Origin: an uncultured Fidelibacterota bacterium
GTDB taxonomy: Bacteria > Fidelibacterota > Marinisomatia > Marinisomatales > UBA1611
Assembly (NCBI GenBank): GCA_902562835.1
Contig: CACEUX010000002.1
Coordinates: 35,104-99,103, forward strand
Length of the DNA: 64,000 nt
Direction of reading: 5' to 3'
Of the stretch, positions 28,324 to 38,403 are shown piece by piece. The translations under genes and the position numbers were made by a program. How positions within the stretch are numbered: the stretch's first letter is position 1; each line of letters starts with the position of its first letter. The notes beneath the pieces are model-generated. The model saw only the letters and a list, made by a program, of their open reading frames with translations. It did no database searches and was not told the origin of the DNA.

Positions 28324-29487
28324 TTAAAGACTGATCTCCAAAATGGTACCAGTATCTGCAGAAGATTTAATTACTTTCAAACTTCCTCCATGTATTTCTT
28401 CTACAATCCTACTTGAAAGTGATAAACCTAAACCCCATCCAGTTTGTTTAGTACTAAACCCTGGGCGAAAAATATTTTTCCAATCTTTTTTTGGTATACC
28501 TTTACCATTATCTTCAATTCTGATCTTTATACCTTCTATATCTTTTCTTAAGGAAACACTTATTTTCCCATTAGCACGTTCAATTGCATCAATCCCATTA
28601 CGAATAATATTTTCAATAGACCATGCCAAAAGGGATCCATTTGCGGTAATGGAAATACCAGGTTGGATATCATTTACCAATTCTACTTTTTTACCAATAG
28701 AGGGCAATCTTTTCGTTAGATAGGTTACTATTTTTTCAATCCTTTCAGACAGATCTAATTCTTCAAAATCTGATTTTGAGCCCATCTTGCTAAAACGTCT
28801 TCCTATCTGCTCAAGTCTTTGAATATCAGCTTCCATTTCAGGAATAATCTCCTTTGTTTTATCTGGATGATCTTTTAACCAATCCACCCAACCCATTAAA
28901 GCAGATACTGGTGTGCCTAATTGATGCGCAGTTTCACGTGCCATTCCAACCCATATATGCTTTTTTTCATTATTGCGGATGAAACTAAAACCAGAAAAAC
29001 CTAAAAAGATAAATAGACCAATTGCGATAATCTCAATAAAACTCCATAGTCTTAATCTTTCTACTATCGTCGAATCTCCATAATGTAAAAATCCAAAAGT
29101 AATCTCATCATTCATATTGATTTTATATGTAAGGGGAATAGGCTCGTTATGCTTGTCAGCCATATTCATAAATTTAATTCTATCCTTTTCCGTTTTTATA
29201 GAACTTGGAAGATTTTTCCACATTTGAGGGTTATGTTCAGTATCTGTCTGAATTAGCGGGAATTTGACCTTTTGGATTATATTTTCAAATATAAAATCAA
29301 GGTTAGCATCGCTATCATCTTTTACAACATTCGCAATTAATCCCGCGTAAAGCCTTACAATCTGACGATTGTCCTTACGAAGATCATTAACAAGTATTTG
29401 AGTATAGGCCAATAGACCAATAACGAGGGTTACACCTAAAATAAAGAGACCAGCTTTTATATTTCCTGTATGGCGATAAAGTTTCAT
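28324..29487 (-). CDS. Two-TM sensor histidine kinase (orphan; no adjacent response regulator)
   Basis: Two TM helices flank a ~130-aa periplasmic segment. H-box ETAHQLGTPVSAL. HATPase_c N, G1 and G2 boxes (NIIRNGIDA, EDNGKGIP, GWGLGLS). Confidence 0.85.
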   Translation of the reverse strand: MKLYRHTGNIKAGLFILGVTLVIGLLAYTQILVNDLRKDNRQIVRLYAGLIANVVKDDSDANLDFIFENIIQKVKFPLIQTDTEHNPQMWKNLPSSIKTEKDRIKFMNMADKHNEPIPLTYKINMNDEITFGFLHYGDSTIVERLRLWSFIEIIAIGLFIFLGFSGFSFIRNNEKKHIWVGMARETAHQLGTPVSALMGWVDWLKDHPDKTKEIIPEMEADIQRLEQIGRRFSKMGSKSDFEELDLSERIEKIVTYLTKRLPSIGKKVELVNDIQPGISITANGSLLAWSIENIIRNGIDAIERANGKISVSLRKDIEGIKIRIEDNGKGIPKKDWKNIFRPGFSTKQTGWGLGLSLSSRIVEEIHGGSLKVIKSSADTGTILEISL

Positions 29488-29489
29488 TA

Positions 29490-31835
29490 TTATTCTATTC
29501 GTTCTTCTTTACCAGTCCAAAATATTATACCAAGCAATAATAAAACCGATAGTAACGAAACTCTAGAGAGCATACGTGTTTTCTGCCACGTATTTGTATC
29601 ATATTCAAAAATGACCTCATTTTCTCCAGGAGGAATTTCTACAGATCTCAAAACATGGTTGGTCTGATATATAGGTGCTTCAATACCATTCACAGTTGCT
29701 CTCCAACCAGGTTCATAATAGATCTCCGATAGTACCAAGAGCCCACCAGTGTTAGAAGAAGAAATTAATTCAATTTTATTTTCTGTTTTTGATACCACGG
29801 AAACTTGCCCGTCTACATCTTTTCGATTATTTTTTCCATTATAATTGTAAACAATAGCTGTTCTAGAAGGATCAAAACCACCTAGCAGAACTTCCATTAA
29901 AGATTCTCGCTGGGATTTTACTGACTTTATATTACCTACTATCCACGCCTTGGGAAGAACATTCGTATTTTCATACAAACCTGGTGTTTCCTTTATACGT
30001 AAGAAATCCGGATTATTGATTTTCTTATTGGTCAATACATATTTCACATTCAACATATCCATAACTTGTGGTCTATTGAATCCCTTAGCGTCCATCAGGT
30101 CTTGATAATGTCTAAGCTTGATTGGTCGGTATCCTCCTATACTTTCAATATTCCAATAACTATAATGATTAGAGCCTAATCGGTCTGCTGGAAAAACACG
30201 AAAATGGTCAGGATCTTTATCAATGTATTCTATTGCTGAATTCTTCTGGAACATCATATCCATATTCTTTGGAGGTTTGATATTCATAAATTCAGAATTC
30301 AGCATCCATAAATCAAATAGAGCTATCGTTAATAAACCATAATAAAATGCTGACCTATTGATTTTTCTATTCACTAAGGCCCAGATCAGGCCTAACACAC
30401 TTAAGCTAACTGCCAAAGCTAAAAATAGTCCTTTATTAAAAAGTTCTAATCTCGCAGAACGCAGTTTGGTTATAAAGCCGGGGTTATTATAACGAAGATC
30501 ACTAGAACTACTAAAAGAAAATAGTGATTCACCAAACATAATGAGGACTATTGTTAAACCAGCAATGCCTCCAGCAACATATATGGACTTCCTAATCAGC
30601 TCTTTGTTTTCTTGATAATGTTCTAGAAATATATCTAAACCTCTGGCCGCTAATAGAGGGATTGTTATTGCTAAGAGCATATAGATCATTGATGGAATTC
30701 TAAATTTAGAAAAAAATGGTAATAATGAATAAAATGGTTTGTAAAGCAATGGTAAATATGATCCGAAACCAGTTACCAGTGTCAAAACTGTAACAGCCCA
30801 GAAAATCAATCCTAACCTATCAGGTTTTTTAAGCAAAGCCCCCAATATAGCAAAAATAATAGCAACCATGCCCAAATAATGCGTGGATTGAGTAAAAGGC
30901 ATATATCCCCAATATGCGCCACGTTTTGTATCACTTATATTTTGTAGGCCATAGTGGTACGGGTATATAAAAGATAGGGTTTCAAATGGATGGAATGACC
31001 ATTGAGTTGCATAATTCCAATCTGTACCAGATTCTGTTTGACCAGATTGGTCTAAAACAGATTTAGCACCTCGATTTGAATACTTCTGAAATTTATATAT
31101 ATCTAGATAAGGATCAGATACCATTATTAGAGCAAGAGCTATACCAAAAATCATACCTCCTAGTGGATATAAAGATGAGCTTATAGAAATAGTTTTATTT
31201 TTAATTGATGAACAAATTATCCATACATAATAAAAACCAATAACCATCCAGGTATAGTAAGCCACCTGAGGATGATTTGCCCATAACTGAAGTGCTGTTG
31301 CAAGGGCAAGTAAAAGAATAGCTTTTATGGACAATCTATCAATTAGATATATTGCTGCTGCAATCACCCATGGTATATATGCCATAGAAAAGATCTTATT
31401 TAGATGCCCTGCGTTTATAAGACCAAAGGTATATGGGGTAAGCGCAGAGATGGCCCCGCCAATTAATGCAGAAGATCTACTAACACCTAGGAGGGTCAGC
31501 AGGGTATACATACCTATACCTGACAGGCCTAGATAGAACCAGATTCTTAAACCATTATTAAAAAGAATATTGCTGCGAAAATACTTTGTAGGGTCTCCAC
31601 TTGTATAAATGTAACCACCATATGATGGCATACCTGAAAATAAATTCGGATACCATTGTGGAGTATCTTTATTTTCATTTAAGTAACTATCTCGCCACTC
31701 ATTGATAGGATGACGCTCAAGTTCATCATTTGTTGTAACAATTTCACCAAAAAAAATCATTCGATATAAAAATAAGACAGGTAAGATCATTAAAATGAAT
31801 AATTCAATTTTATTTTTAATAAAAAAATTCATCAT
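29490..31835 (-). CDS. YfhO-like GT-C-fold polytopic membrane glycosyltransferase
   Basis: 781 aa with about 12 N-terminal TM helices and an acidic first loop (TNDELERHPINEWRD). A large extracytoplasmic C-terminal domain is followed by a final TM helix (LLSVLLLLGIIFW), which is the YfhO topology. It lies in a cluster with a GtrB/CsbB-type GT2. Confidence 0.55.
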   Translation of the reverse strand: MMNFFIKNKIELFILMILPVLFLYRMIFFGEIVTTNDELERHPINEWRDSYLNENKDTPQWYPNLFSGMPSYGGYIYTSGDPTKYFRSNILFNNGLRIWFYLGLSGIGMYTLLTLLGVSRSSALIGGAISALTPYTFGLINAGHLNKIFSMAYIPWVIAAAIYLIDRLSIKAILLLALATALQLWANHPQVAYYTWMVIGFYYVWIICSSIKNKTISISSSLYPLGGMIFGIALALIMVSDPYLDIYKFQKYSNRGAKSVLDQSGQTESGTDWNYATQWSFHPFETLSFIYPYHYGLQNISDTKRGAYWGYMPFTQSTHYLGMVAIIFAILGALLKKPDRLGLIFWAVTVLTLVTGFGSYLPLLYKPFYSLLPFFSKFRIPSMIYMLLAITIPLLAARGLDIFLEHYQENKELIRKSIYVAGGIAGLTIVLIMFGESLFSFSSSSDLRYNNPGFITKLRSARLELFNKGLFLALAVSLSVLGLIWALVNRKINRSAFYYGLLTIALFDLWMLNSEFMNIKPPKNMDMMFQKNSAIEYIDKDPDHFRVFPADRLGSNHYSYWNIESIGGYRPIKLRHYQDLMDAKGFNRPQVMDMLNVKYVLTNKKINNPDFLRIKETPGLYENTNVLPKAWIVGNIKSVKSQRESLMEVLLGGFDPSRTAIVYNYNGKNNRKDVDGQVSVVSKTENKIELISSSNTGGLLVLSEIYYEPGWRATVNGIEAPIYQTNHVLRSVEIPPGENEVIFEYDTNTWQKTRMLSRVSLLSVLLLLGIIFWTGKEERIE

Positions 31836-32734
31836 AGCCCTTTATCTATTTCAGAAATGAGATCTTGCCAATGGCCAAGATCAGCTCCTCTTTCAGATCT
31901 CCAATGAAATACTCCTGACCCATACATATGAGTCATCATTATTTCATCATTTAAATAGTATAATTCAAATTGTTTGGAAAGTTCAATTTCAGCGTTTTTA
32001 ACATTATTGGCAATATCGCTACTATAACTAGCTTTAAAGTTCAAAGCCTTGAAACCCTCTCTTCTAAAGGCCTCTATAATCTGCTTACCCGTATCTGGAC
32101 TTGTAATCCCTGTGATTTTTTCTAACCATTTTGTGATCTTTCTAAGCTTTTTACTCTTGTCAAGCTTTGACTTACTTGTCAGAATACCTAATCGTGTTAC
32201 TTTACGAAAAAAACTATTAAGAATTCTTTTACTCAAACGCGGGAAAGGATAAAAAGACTTATCAAATTTTACTACTTGTCTTGTTCTAAAAAACATAAAA
32301 ACCACACTTGGAAAGTTATGCACTTTTCCAAGTTTCCATTCTGGATATGGTGCGCCAATTACTAATTTATCCACCTTATTCATTTGATTTATACAAAAAT
32401 TATCCCATCCAGCTTTAAAAACATGTACATCTGGATCAATTATGAGAGTAAACTCAGTTTTACAATTTTGTATTCCACAATCTAAGGCGCTTGAATGAGA
32501 GATAGATCTTTGAAGCCCGCTACCATCATTCATGAAAAATTGAATTTCAAGATCTTTTGAAAATGCATCTTTTAAATCAATATCCTGACCATTTGTGTTG
32601 TCCACCACAATAAATTGCAAACAATGATAATTATCTGCCTTGATCTTTAGATTATTGAATAACCTATTTAAATGAGGTCCGGATCTATAACTGGCTGAAA
32701 GAATTGTAATAGTTTTTAATGTATCCAAATTCAA
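31832..32734 (-). CDS. Glycosyltransferase family 2-like protein (divergent)
   Basis: N-terminal Rossmann-like ITILSASYRSGPHL...FIVVDNTN and an IIDPDVHV (DxD-like) segment. The sequence is weak and divergent; the context is a glycan cluster. Confidence 0.4.
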   Translation of the reverse strand: MNLDTLKTITILSASYRSGPHLNRLFNNLKIKADNYHCLQFIVVDNTNGQDIDLKDAFSKDLEIQFFMNDGSGLQRSISHSSALDCGIQNCKTEFTLIIDPDVHVFKAGWDNFCINQMNKVDKLVIGAPYPEWKLGKVHNFPSVVFMFFRTRQVVKFDKSFYPFPRLSKRILNSFFRKVTRLGILTSKSKLDKSKKLRKITKWLEKITGITSPDTGKQIIEAFRREGFKALNFKASYSSDIANNVKNAEIELSKQFELYYLNDEIMMTHMYGSGVFHWRSERGADLGHWQDLISEIDKGL

Positions 32735-32742
32735 TTTTATTC

Positions 32743-33471
32743 CTAAAGCCTAGAATATATATCTGATTCCAACTTAACAATATGCCTTGGTAATATTATA
32801 TCTTCTCCTATTTGACTACTACTTATCGATTTATCGACAAATTGATCAACAATGGATGTGTTCCATGGCCTATTGAGGAAACTAAAAAGAGCATCACAAA
32901 CTGATACTGGGTCATCCAATAAGGCTTCAAAAGAACAATAATGAATAGGTATTTGAGATTCATTACAAAAGTCTAATGCACGGTCAGTATAACTCCTCCA
33001 TAATTCAAGACCTTGGTCTAGAGCCAGCTGATTACGTTTTTTTAACGACCTTGCTACTGATGATGCTTTTCGTACGACAAAAACAATTTTAACTTCATCT
33101 GACAAACCCAGTTCACGGATTATATCGAACCAATATTTTACAGTTAAGCATGTACGCGGATCTTTCCAGCCCCAATCTCCATATTGAGAATTGCAACTTT
33201 GCACAAGATTCCGCATTTTAGAGTATATTTTATCATTAGCTTGCACCGAGGGAATGTCTGTTTTATAAGATTTAACATCATAGCCAGATAATTTTAACAT
33301 TTGATCATTTATATTTCTGAAATCATAGTTTTCATAAAACCCTTTTGGATTTTGATTTAATGGTCGAGGCCAGAAGGTTTGGTATGTACCCATGGTCACT
33401 TTATTCATGTGAAGGACTCCTGATAAAGTTGAGGTTCCACTACGATGCATCCCTAAGACAATAACAATCAT
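32743..33471 (-). CDS. Sulfotransferase-family protein
   Basis: An N-terminal 5'-PSB P-loop, VLGMHRSGTSTL (nt ~33421-33460), and a downstream VVRKASSVARS 3'-PB-like segment. Confidence 0.6.
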   Translation of the reverse strand: MIVIVLGMHRSGTSTLSGVLHMNKVTMGTYQTFWPRPLNQNPKGFYENYDFRNINDQMLKLSGYDVKSYKTDIPSVQANDKIYSKMRNLVQSCNSQYGDWGWKDPRTCLTVKYWFDIIRELGLSDEVKIVFVVRKASSVARSLKKRNQLALDQGLELWRSYTDRALDFCNESQIPIHYCSFEALLDDPVSVCDALFSFLNRPWNTSIVDQFVDKSISSSQIGEDIILPRHIVKLESDIYSRL

Positions 33472-34496
33472 TTATAATAGTTCTTTTTAAAACCTACTAA
33501 TTCTTCTCCATAAAAAATAAAACGTCTTATGAAAGCTTGCAGGAATCCAATTCCATAGCCAAATATTTGAATAGGAATAACCATAAGCAATAATGGAAAT
33601 ACCCCTAAGTCTTTTTTTGTAAACGCCCCAATTATAGAGATAACTGCTAGAGGCAAGAAGAAAAACAAAAATATCTTTTTTATACTAAAACCTAGTTTGA
33701 ACATTGCTATCAACAAAAACGCAGTTGACAGGAAAGCAATAGAAGGTAAAAAATGAATCAGCTCTAACATAGCTAGATCAATTTTACCCAGGTTCACCCT
33801 AGCAACGCCCCAATTGAATACCTGTTTAATAAACTGTTTCAATGAGGTTCTCCTACGATGATAAACCAAAGCGTTTTTTATAAACCTAATATTCGCCCCA
33901 GATTTTCGAATTCGATGACTATACTCAATATCTTGTCCATGCCTAAGGTTTCCAAAACCGCCCAATGCTTGATAGGTATTTCTAGTAATACCCATATTAT
34001 GTGTACGCGGGTAAAATTTTGATAACATTTTCTCACTATGCCCGCGCATTCCACCGGTAGTAAAAAAGGAAGTCATTGAATAGTCTATTGCTTTTTGAAG
34101 TGTTGTGAAGTCTTGTTTTCCGCCATCGGGACCACCACAAGAATCAAATTTGTTTTTATGGTATTCTTTAACAATAGTTTCAATCCATTTAGGGTGTGCC
34201 TCACAATCTGAATCAATAAAGAGGATTAGGTCGCCAGTAGATTCTTCAAGACCATAATTCCGTGCTGACCCTGGACCTTTATTATCTTGCGTAATATACT
34301 TTATTTTAAAACTTGCCTTTTCCTTCCAACTTTTTACCAATGCTTCTGTGCTATCCGTTGAACCATCGTCTGAAATTATTGATTCAAAAGTACTATGATC
34401 TATAGTTTGCAGAGATAAAGATTGTAGTAGATAATCCAATTCATCCGCTCTGTTATATGAGGGGGTTACAACACTAATGAATAAATTATCATTCAT
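33468..34496 (-). CDS. Glycosyltransferase family 2 with C-terminal TM helices
   Basis: ISVVTPSYNR, SDDGSTD and FIDSDC (DxD) GT-A motifs, plus 3-4 C-terminal TM helices. Confidence 0.8.
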   Translation of the reverse strand: MNDNLFISVVTPSYNRADELDYLLQSLSLQTIDHSTFESIISDDGSTDSTEALVKSWKEKASFKIKYITQDNKGPGSARNYGLEESTGDLILFIDSDCEAHPKWIETIVKEYHKNKFDSCGGPDGGKQDFTTLQKAIDYSMTSFFTTGGMRGHSEKMLSKFYPRTHNMGITRNTYQALGGFGNLRHGQDIEYSHRIRKSGANIRFIKNALVYHRRRTSLKQFIKQVFNWGVARVNLGKIDLAMLELIHFLPSIAFLSTAFLLIAMFKLGFSIKKIFLFFFLPLAVISIIGAFTKKDLGVFPLLLMVIPIQIFGYGIGFLQAFIRRFIFYGEELVGFKKNYYK

Positions 34497-35286
34497 TTAA
34501 GGCTTTCCAATTCTTCAAATCCCAATCGAGGAGTGTTTCCAATTCATCTATTTCATCATTATAAAAAGTCTTTAAAAAATCGTTTTCTTTCTTACTTAAT
34601 TCAAAGGGATAACTACGTGTATGAATCTCCATATGTTCAACTGTTTGAAAAGATGATAAGGTTAAGAATTCTGATACTTTTGATAAAACTTGATTGGGGT
34701 TTTTGCGCAAGGAATCATTTTGTAAAAATAAAATTTGATCTCTCTTAAAATAGGATTTGATTATTTTTATCTGCTTTGAATAAAGCCCACGCTCTAGATA
34801 TGAAAATGTTCTATCTTGTTTTTTTCCTGGGTCGCGTAGTTTGTTTTCCTCAGATTTGATTGCATCCCAAAATGTTCTATGCTCGCGATTTTTATCTCTC
34901 TCCATATTCCAGTGCGAGAAGGCTCTTGCTGAAGGATCCCTTAAGACGGCAATCAACTTCATGTTTGGGTTATAATTATGTATCCTTTTAATAGCATTCT
35001 CCCAATACATATATATGGGTGTTGCCTCACCAATTATTTTATGGTGATCTTTAGGGTTAAAATGAAAATGGTACTTTGAAAAGTCAGGGCTTCGTTTCTG
35101 GAAATATTTATCACTATCAAAGAAATGTACTTCTTTTTTATTTGCCATGCATATTTCAGGATGGAGCCTTAGATATCGATCGAGTGCAGTTGTTCCTCCT
35201 TTTTGAGTACCGCAGATAATGAATCCTATTTTAAAATCAAAATTTTTACCAAGTATATAATTGATCTTATTTTTTATTAGAGACAC
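34489..35286 (-). CDS. Sulfotransferase (Sulfotransfer_1-like, resembling heparan-sulfate/NodH-type enzymes)
   Basis: 5'-PSB motif IICGTQKGGTTALDRYL (nt ~35181-35220) and 3'-PB motif VLRDPSARAFSHW, in the spacing expected for PAPS-dependent sulfotransferases. Confidence 0.75.
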   Translation of the reverse strand: MSLIKNKINYILGKNFDFKIGFIICGTQKGGTTALDRYLRLHPEICMANKKEVHFFDSDKYFQKRSPDFSKYHFHFNPKDHHKIIGEATPIYMYWENAIKRIHNYNPNMKLIAVLRDPSARAFSHWNMERDKNREHRTFWDAIKSEENKLRDPGKKQDRTFSYLERGLYSKQIKIIKSYFKRDQILFLQNDSLRKNPNQVLSKVSEFLTLSSFQTVEHMEIHTRSYPFELSKKENDFLKTFYNDEIDELETLLDWDLKNWKALNE

Positions 35287-35345
35287 AAATAATGGATTTT
35301 CTAAGAGTTAAATAACAATGAGTAAGTGCAAGTAGGTTATTTTTA

Positions 35346-36275
35346 CTATGTTTGATTAATGAACTTTTTAATGCGATTTTCATTTCCCTGCGTGGATCTT
35401 GCCATAAGCTCACCCAGGAGACCAATTGAAAAGAACTGGATGCCTATGACAATTAACATAACTCCAAATGTTAATAACGCCATATGTTTTGAAAAAGGAT
35501 GACCAAGCGCATATTTGTAATAAAGCACACAGCACTCCACAAAAAAACCTATCGATAAAAAGCCTATTCCAAATGAACCAAAAAGATGAAGAGGTTGTTG
35601 GTTATATCGGTTTAAAAAAAGAATCGTAATAAGGTCAAAAAATCCATGAAATATTCTAGAGCCGCCATATTTTGTTTCACCAAACTTCCTAGAACGATGG
35701 TTTACAACTATCTCTGTAACCTTAAATTTTCTCTGGCCTGCTAAGGCTGGAATATATCTATGTCTGCCTCCATATACGTCAATGGATTTGATCACTGAGC
35801 TCTTGTAGCCCTTTAGCCCACAGTTAAAATCATGTATTTTGACCCCTGTCATAAATCGGGTAACCATATTGAATAATTTAGATGGCAATCTTTTATTCAA
35901 TGGATCTAATCTAGTCTTTTTCCAGCCTGAAACTAAATCCCAACCTTCATCTAACTTTGCAATTAAGTTTTTTATCTCTTTGGGATCATCTTGCAAATCA
36001 GCATCCATAGTAATAATATATTTTCCTACTGCAGCTTTAAACCCTTCTCTTAAAGCTGCTGATTTTCCATAATTACGATAGAATTGTATCATTTTAAAAT
36101 TATTGTTGTTTGAACAAAGATTCTCTAACCATTCAGTTGTGCCATCACTTGATCCATCATCAATAAAAATAACTTCCCAATTTTCATATTGAATCAGATT
36201 GTCATTCAATTCATTTACCAACTCTGGCAATGAGTCTATCTCATTAAATACTGGTATAACTGTAGAAATATTCAT
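35346..36275 (-). CDS. Polyprenol-monophosphate glycosyltransferase (GtrB/CsbB/DPM1/ArnC family GT2)
   Basis: VIPVFNE, IDDGSSDGT, MDADLQDDP and GLKGY motifs, plus two C-terminal TM helices. This is the classic architecture of the family. Confidence 0.85.
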   Translation of the reverse strand: MNISTVIPVFNEIDSLPELVNELNDNLIQYENWEVIFIDDGSSDGTTEWLENLCSNNNNFKMIQFYRNYGKSAALREGFKAAVGKYIITMDADLQDDPKEIKNLIAKLDEGWDLVSGWKKTRLDPLNKRLPSKLFNMVTRFMTGVKIHDFNCGLKGYKSSVIKSIDVYGGRHRYIPALAGQRKFKVTEIVVNHRSRKFGETKYGGSRIFHGFFDLITILFLNRYNQQPLHLFGSFGIGFLSIGFFVECCVLYYKYALGHPFSKHMALLTFGVMLIVIGIQFFSIGLLGELMARSTQGNENRIKKFINQT

Positions 36276-36276
36276 T

Positions 36277-36885
36277 CTAATATTTTAATAATTTCCACAC
36301 TTTTTTCATGTTAACATATTCGGAATTTCTGTTCCTATTTTTCACATTAATGCTTACAACTTGCCTAGTCTCCTTATCGCGGAACCTCGCTTCTACTAGT
36401 GCTCTTTTTTCATTGTCCAATTGCTCACTACGGAAATTTATTTCAATATTTTTTGTAATAGATTTATCTACGGTTTTGAATTTTTCTTTATAGCTTGGTT
36501 CAACACCCCATATGAATTCAGTAATATCATTTGGCTCCATTATTTTAAGGAAAGGAAAAAACTGCATGATCTCATCATAATCATATTGCTTATTTTCAAT
36601 TAGGTTCCTTGCGGTTACTGTACCAGGAGTAATCCACATCAATAGAGCTTTGCGACCTATGGCATCACCAAACTGAAAGAAAGTACTATCTCTTTGACTT
36701 TTAAATGTAAATGAAAGTTTTCCCTTTAAGGGGCCATTAGAGCTTATCATTCCCTTACCGGTGCAGGAGTTATATTCTTGCACAAATTCCGAATAAGATT
36801 TTTGTGGCACTAAGATTAACATTCGATTTCCAGAGCCAACACAACCAAAAAGGATCATAAGTACCAAAAGTCTTAACCTTAACAT
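36277..36885 (-). CDS. LolB-like/DUF4292-like outer-membrane lipoprotein (hypothetical)
   Basis: Lipobox LFGC. About 200 aa of predicted all-beta sequence. It lies immediately downstream of a TPR protein, an arrangement common in FCB genomes. The assignment is by resemblance only. Confidence 0.35.
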   Translation of the reverse strand: MLRLRLLVLMILFGCVGSGNRMLILVPQKSYSEFVQEYNSCTGKGMISSNGPLKGKLSFTFKSQRDSTFFQFGDAIGRKALLMWITPGTVTARNLIENKQYDYDEIMQFFPFLKIMEPNDITEFIWGVEPSYKEKFKTVDKSITKNIEINFRSEQLDNEKRALVEARFRDKETRQVVSINVKNRNRNSEYVNMKKVWKLLKY

Positions 36886-38403
36886 TCAATCTTGTTTCTC
36901 CACTTGATGAATATTATGTAGGTTGATTTCTGATCTGACCTTTATAATTTGATCGAGGTGACCTTGGATTGTCGCATTACCAGAATCAATGCTTAATGAT
37001 TCTCGTATGTAGCGCAATGCTTCATCATAGTCATTCATTTTGAAATAAATCCAACCTATTGTGTCTAGATATGCAGCAGATTTTGGTTCTAATCTTATTG
37101 CATTTTGTGCAAGCTCTAATGCAAACTCAATATCTTTTTCTCGCTCAACTAAACTATATGCATAATTATTGTATGCTTGAGCATCAGTGGTGTCAGTTGC
37201 GATCAAATCAATGTAAAGTTTGTCAGACTCTACCCACTCTCCTGTTGAATCATAGATAAGAGCAAGATTATGTTTTGTATTTCTTGACTGAGGATAGATA
37301 TTTAATGCCCGTGACAAGTGAGTCTTTGAATTCACGTAATCCTTTATTTGGTAGAAAGCAGTCCCTAATAAATATTGAACAGTAAAATCTTGAGAAAATT
37401 TATCTGAATGGGGCATAAGTGCCTGGACTGCTTCTTCAGGTTTTTTCCCACTCATTGCCATGACTGCATTATTAATAAACCCGCGCGGATCATCAGGATG
37501 GTAATCAATAATTTTTTGGTTATACAAGATTGCTTCTTGGTTCATTTCTTGTTCCATTAACAATGTGACTAGTCGATGAAGTATATCAACATTTTGGCTA
37601 TCCTGTTCAAGGGCTGAATATATTACCTCCAATGCAAGGTCAAGCTGATTAAGCTCTTCATATAATGCGCTTTTCTGTATCAATAGATTTGAATCAGCAC
37701 CTTTGACCTTTTCAATTTTATTAACGATTTTTAGTGATTTTTTGTAGTCCCCATTAAAAAGAGTTAAATCTCGCAAAGTTTCTAGTAGATCTATGTTCTC
37801 AGAATCATCTATCAGCAATAAATCACAGACATCTTCAGCAAGAATAAAATTACTGGTAGTAAGTGCTATTTGCAGTGCTTGCTCCAAACCATTAATAGCC
37901 ATTGGGTTTACTTCATAGCCTTCGATGTAGTAATCAATCGCTAAATCCCAGTCCTTTTCAATTCGAGCTAAATCAGCAAGCGTATAAATATAATCTAGGT
38001 TTTCTGGGAAAGACCGATTCAAATCTTTATAGATATTTTGTGCATCTTTATATTTTTTTTGAGTTAAATAAAGTTGCCCTAACATTTCTCGTGCTTCTTT
38101 ATCTTCTGGCTCAAGCGCCAAAGCTATTTGTAAATGATCTTCGGCACGTTTTCCTTTTCCTAATCTTCTATACCCATCAGCTATAGATAAATGAATCGTA
38201 GAAGCATTTGGATCTAATTCAATAGCATCTTGAAACTCAAGAATAGCTAAAGCATAATTCCCTTGATTCATTAAAAATTCACCCTGCATAAAATGATGAA
38301 GGGCAAGTTCTGCATTATTGATTGCATCCGCATTAATTATACAAAATTGAGTTAAAAGGATTATGAATTTTATTTTTTTCTTAACTAATCGAATCATCTT
38401 CAT
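36886..38403 (-). CDS. Tetratricopeptide-repeat (TPR) protein, exported
   Basis: A signal-like N-terminus, then about 10 or more 34-aa TPR units (for example ALAILEFQDAIELDPNAS and AEDHLQIALALEPEDK). Confidence 0.8.
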   Translation of the reverse strand: MKMIRLVKKKIKFIILLTQFCIINADAINNAELALHHFMQGEFLMNQGNYALAILEFQDAIELDPNASTIHLSIADGYRRLGKGKRAEDHLQIALALEPEDKEAREMLGQLYLTQKKYKDAQNIYKDLNRSFPENLDYIYTLADLARIEKDWDLAIDYYIEGYEVNPMAINGLEQALQIALTTSNFILAEDVCDLLLIDDSENIDLLETLRDLTLFNGDYKKSLKIVNKIEKVKGADSNLLIQKSALYEELNQLDLALEVIYSALEQDSQNVDILHRLVTLLMEQEMNQEAILYNQKIIDYHPDDPRGFINNAVMAMSGKKPEEAVQALMPHSDKFSQDFTVQYLLGTAFYQIKDYVNSKTHLSRALNIYPQSRNTKHNLALIYDSTGEWVESDKLYIDLIATDTTDAQAYNNYAYSLVEREKDIEFALELAQNAIRLEPKSAAYLDTIGWIYFKMNDYDEALRYIRESLSIDSGNATIQGHLDQIIKVRSEINLHNIHQVEKQD

